A stretch of DNA of 64,000 nucleotides from Candidatus Falkowbacteria bacterium (GTDB lineage: Bacteria; Patescibacteriota; Patescibacteriia; Patescibacteriales; UBA12075), in contig DOSJ01000004.1 of assembly GCA_003514005.1 (NCBI GenBank), positions 37,533 through 101,532 on the forward strand, in the 5' to 3' direction. Position 1 is the first letter of the stretch. Each line of letters opens with the position of its first letter. Position numbers and translations under genes: made by a program. This document shows, piece after piece, positions 63,117-64,000 of this stretch. The notes under the pieces are model-generated. The model saw only the letters and a list, made by a program, of their open reading frames with translations. It was not told where the DNA came from and did no database searches.

Positions 63117-63499
63117 AGTTTTAAAGAGTTAATTTTGTAATTTTATTTTATCATGAATTATATAAAACAAAAACAGTGTCCAAAAACACTGCTTTTGTAA
63201 GAATGGGTCAGGCACTGTCGGGTCTTATAACAGTGCTCGAGGATAAAGAATATATGGTTACTTTACGCGAAAAAATGAATAACATCAAGAAAGTTGCCAA
63301 GTTTTACAACTACGACCTCCTACTAGCCAAAAAATAAAACATTGTTGCCCCTTGTCTGCCCTTGTGGCGAGCTTTGCACCCCAGGTAGACCCTTGACACC
63401 TCCTGCGACCATAGCCCACCGGTTTGACGAAATTTGCGAGCCTAGAACAATTTGCTTAACTTCGGAAAAATTAAGCAAATTGCACCGAGTCATATTTGC

Positions 63500-63790
63500 T
63501 TAACCTTTTCGCTTTTTTGATTTAGAGACTTCCTTCCGATCTGCCTGAATATTTTTAACGATTTCCGCCTGCTCTGCTAGCCACTTATCATAGTCCGGTC
63601 CTGCAAAACTCGGTTCGCCGCCGGTGTCGATATACTTCTGGATATCCTCCATAGCGAATTTCCCCAGAGCATCGTAAAAGTTAAGCAAGTTAAATGCTTC
63701 ATCCGAGGCTTCCTGATCCGTCCATTCAACACCAAAATCTCTTTTGACCAATTCCTTTAACTCGTCGATTTTCTTTTTTGATGGAATCAT
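63500..63790 (-). CDS. Hypothetical protein (96 aa)
   Basis: Clean ORF, 4 nt downstream of the 59-aa acidic ORF. Confidence 0.5.
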   Translation of the reverse strand: MIPSKKKIDELKELVKRDFGVEWTDQEASDEAFNLLNFYDALGKFAMEDIQKYIDTGGEPSFAGPDYDKWLAEQAEIVKNIQADRKEVSKSKKRKG

Positions 63791-63794
63791 AAAA

Positions 63795-63974
63795 TTAAAG
63801 ACTTTCTTCGATTTCGACGGCGTCGTCCTCGTCTACACCCAAGTCCTCCATAATCTCTTGAACACGCTCGGCTGTGTCCTTATCAAGATCGTGGGTTTCC
63901 ATAAGCTCGGCGACTTCCTCGTCCGGAGTTTCTTCTATTGCGTCGTCTTTAGCTGAATTAATACTATCAGTCAT
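63795..63974 (-). CDS. Small acidic protein (59 aa), not in the ORF track
   Basis: Hand-translated: 'MTDSINSAKDDAIEETPDEEVAELMETHDLDKDTAERVQEIMEDLGVDEDDAVEIEESL*'. Its stop lies 4 nt before the next ATG. Confidence 0.4.
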   Translation of the reverse strand: MTDSINSAKDDAIEETPDEEVAELMETHDLDKDTAERVQEIMEDLGVDEDDAVEIEESL

Positions 63975-64000
63975 AAATCATTGATTCTTTAGTTTACAAT

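Noticed and set aside
1-64000. An alternative genetic code (UGA recoding, as in some CPR lineages).
   Set aside because: Uninterrupted ORFs of 6.4 and 15.7 kb and all housekeeping genes read cleanly with the standard bacterial code. Several genes terminate at TGA where homologues would be expected to end.

Overview
AT-rich, gene-dense bacterial window. The gene content suggests a Patescibacteria/CPR (Parcubacteria-like) genome: two giant surface ORFs, a cohesin-domain protein, ComEC, a CAP-domain protein with GEAWY repeats, and almost no metabolism. That assignment is inference only. About 60% of the window (nt ~1.9-40 kb) is a single cell-surface island. It holds two paralogous giant ORFs (2128 aa and 5230 aa) separated by an AbiEi/AbiEii toxin-antitoxin cassette. 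Next come two small, independently transcribed secreted proteins whose C-terminal domain matches the C-terminus of the 5230-aa protein. After those are three paralogous two-Ig-domain membrane-anchored proteins, two membrane-anchored FGE-sulfatase/C-lectin-fold proteins, and a dockerin protein and a cohesin protein flanking an Hsp20 gene. The island ends with PIG-L deacetylase, a GT4 glycosyltransferase and ComEC. My main candidate for a new system is this locus read as a WxL/Csc-like (DUF916/DUF3324-type) non-covalent surface-display complex carrying a giant adhesin. The rest of the window holds tRNA-Pro(GGG), tRNA-Leu(CAG), argS, glyQS behind an unusually minimal glycine T-box, glycerate kinase, DedA, a CDGSH protein, and a small accessory island (Fic, GNAT, a decayed AbiEi). 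Non-coding DNA is unusually structured. It contains perfect 38-bp and 28-bp inverted repeats flanking ~95-nt spacers, heptamer-repeat hairpin arms, in-frame heptamer tracts inside both giant genes, and a ~125-nt repeat with compensatory stem changes. It also contains a conserved promoter/hairpin leader before both giant loci and over-represented TTATCCACA boxes. No rRNA, CRISPR array, transposase or integrase was seen. All family assignments come from motifs read by eye; no HMM, BLAST or folding was run.
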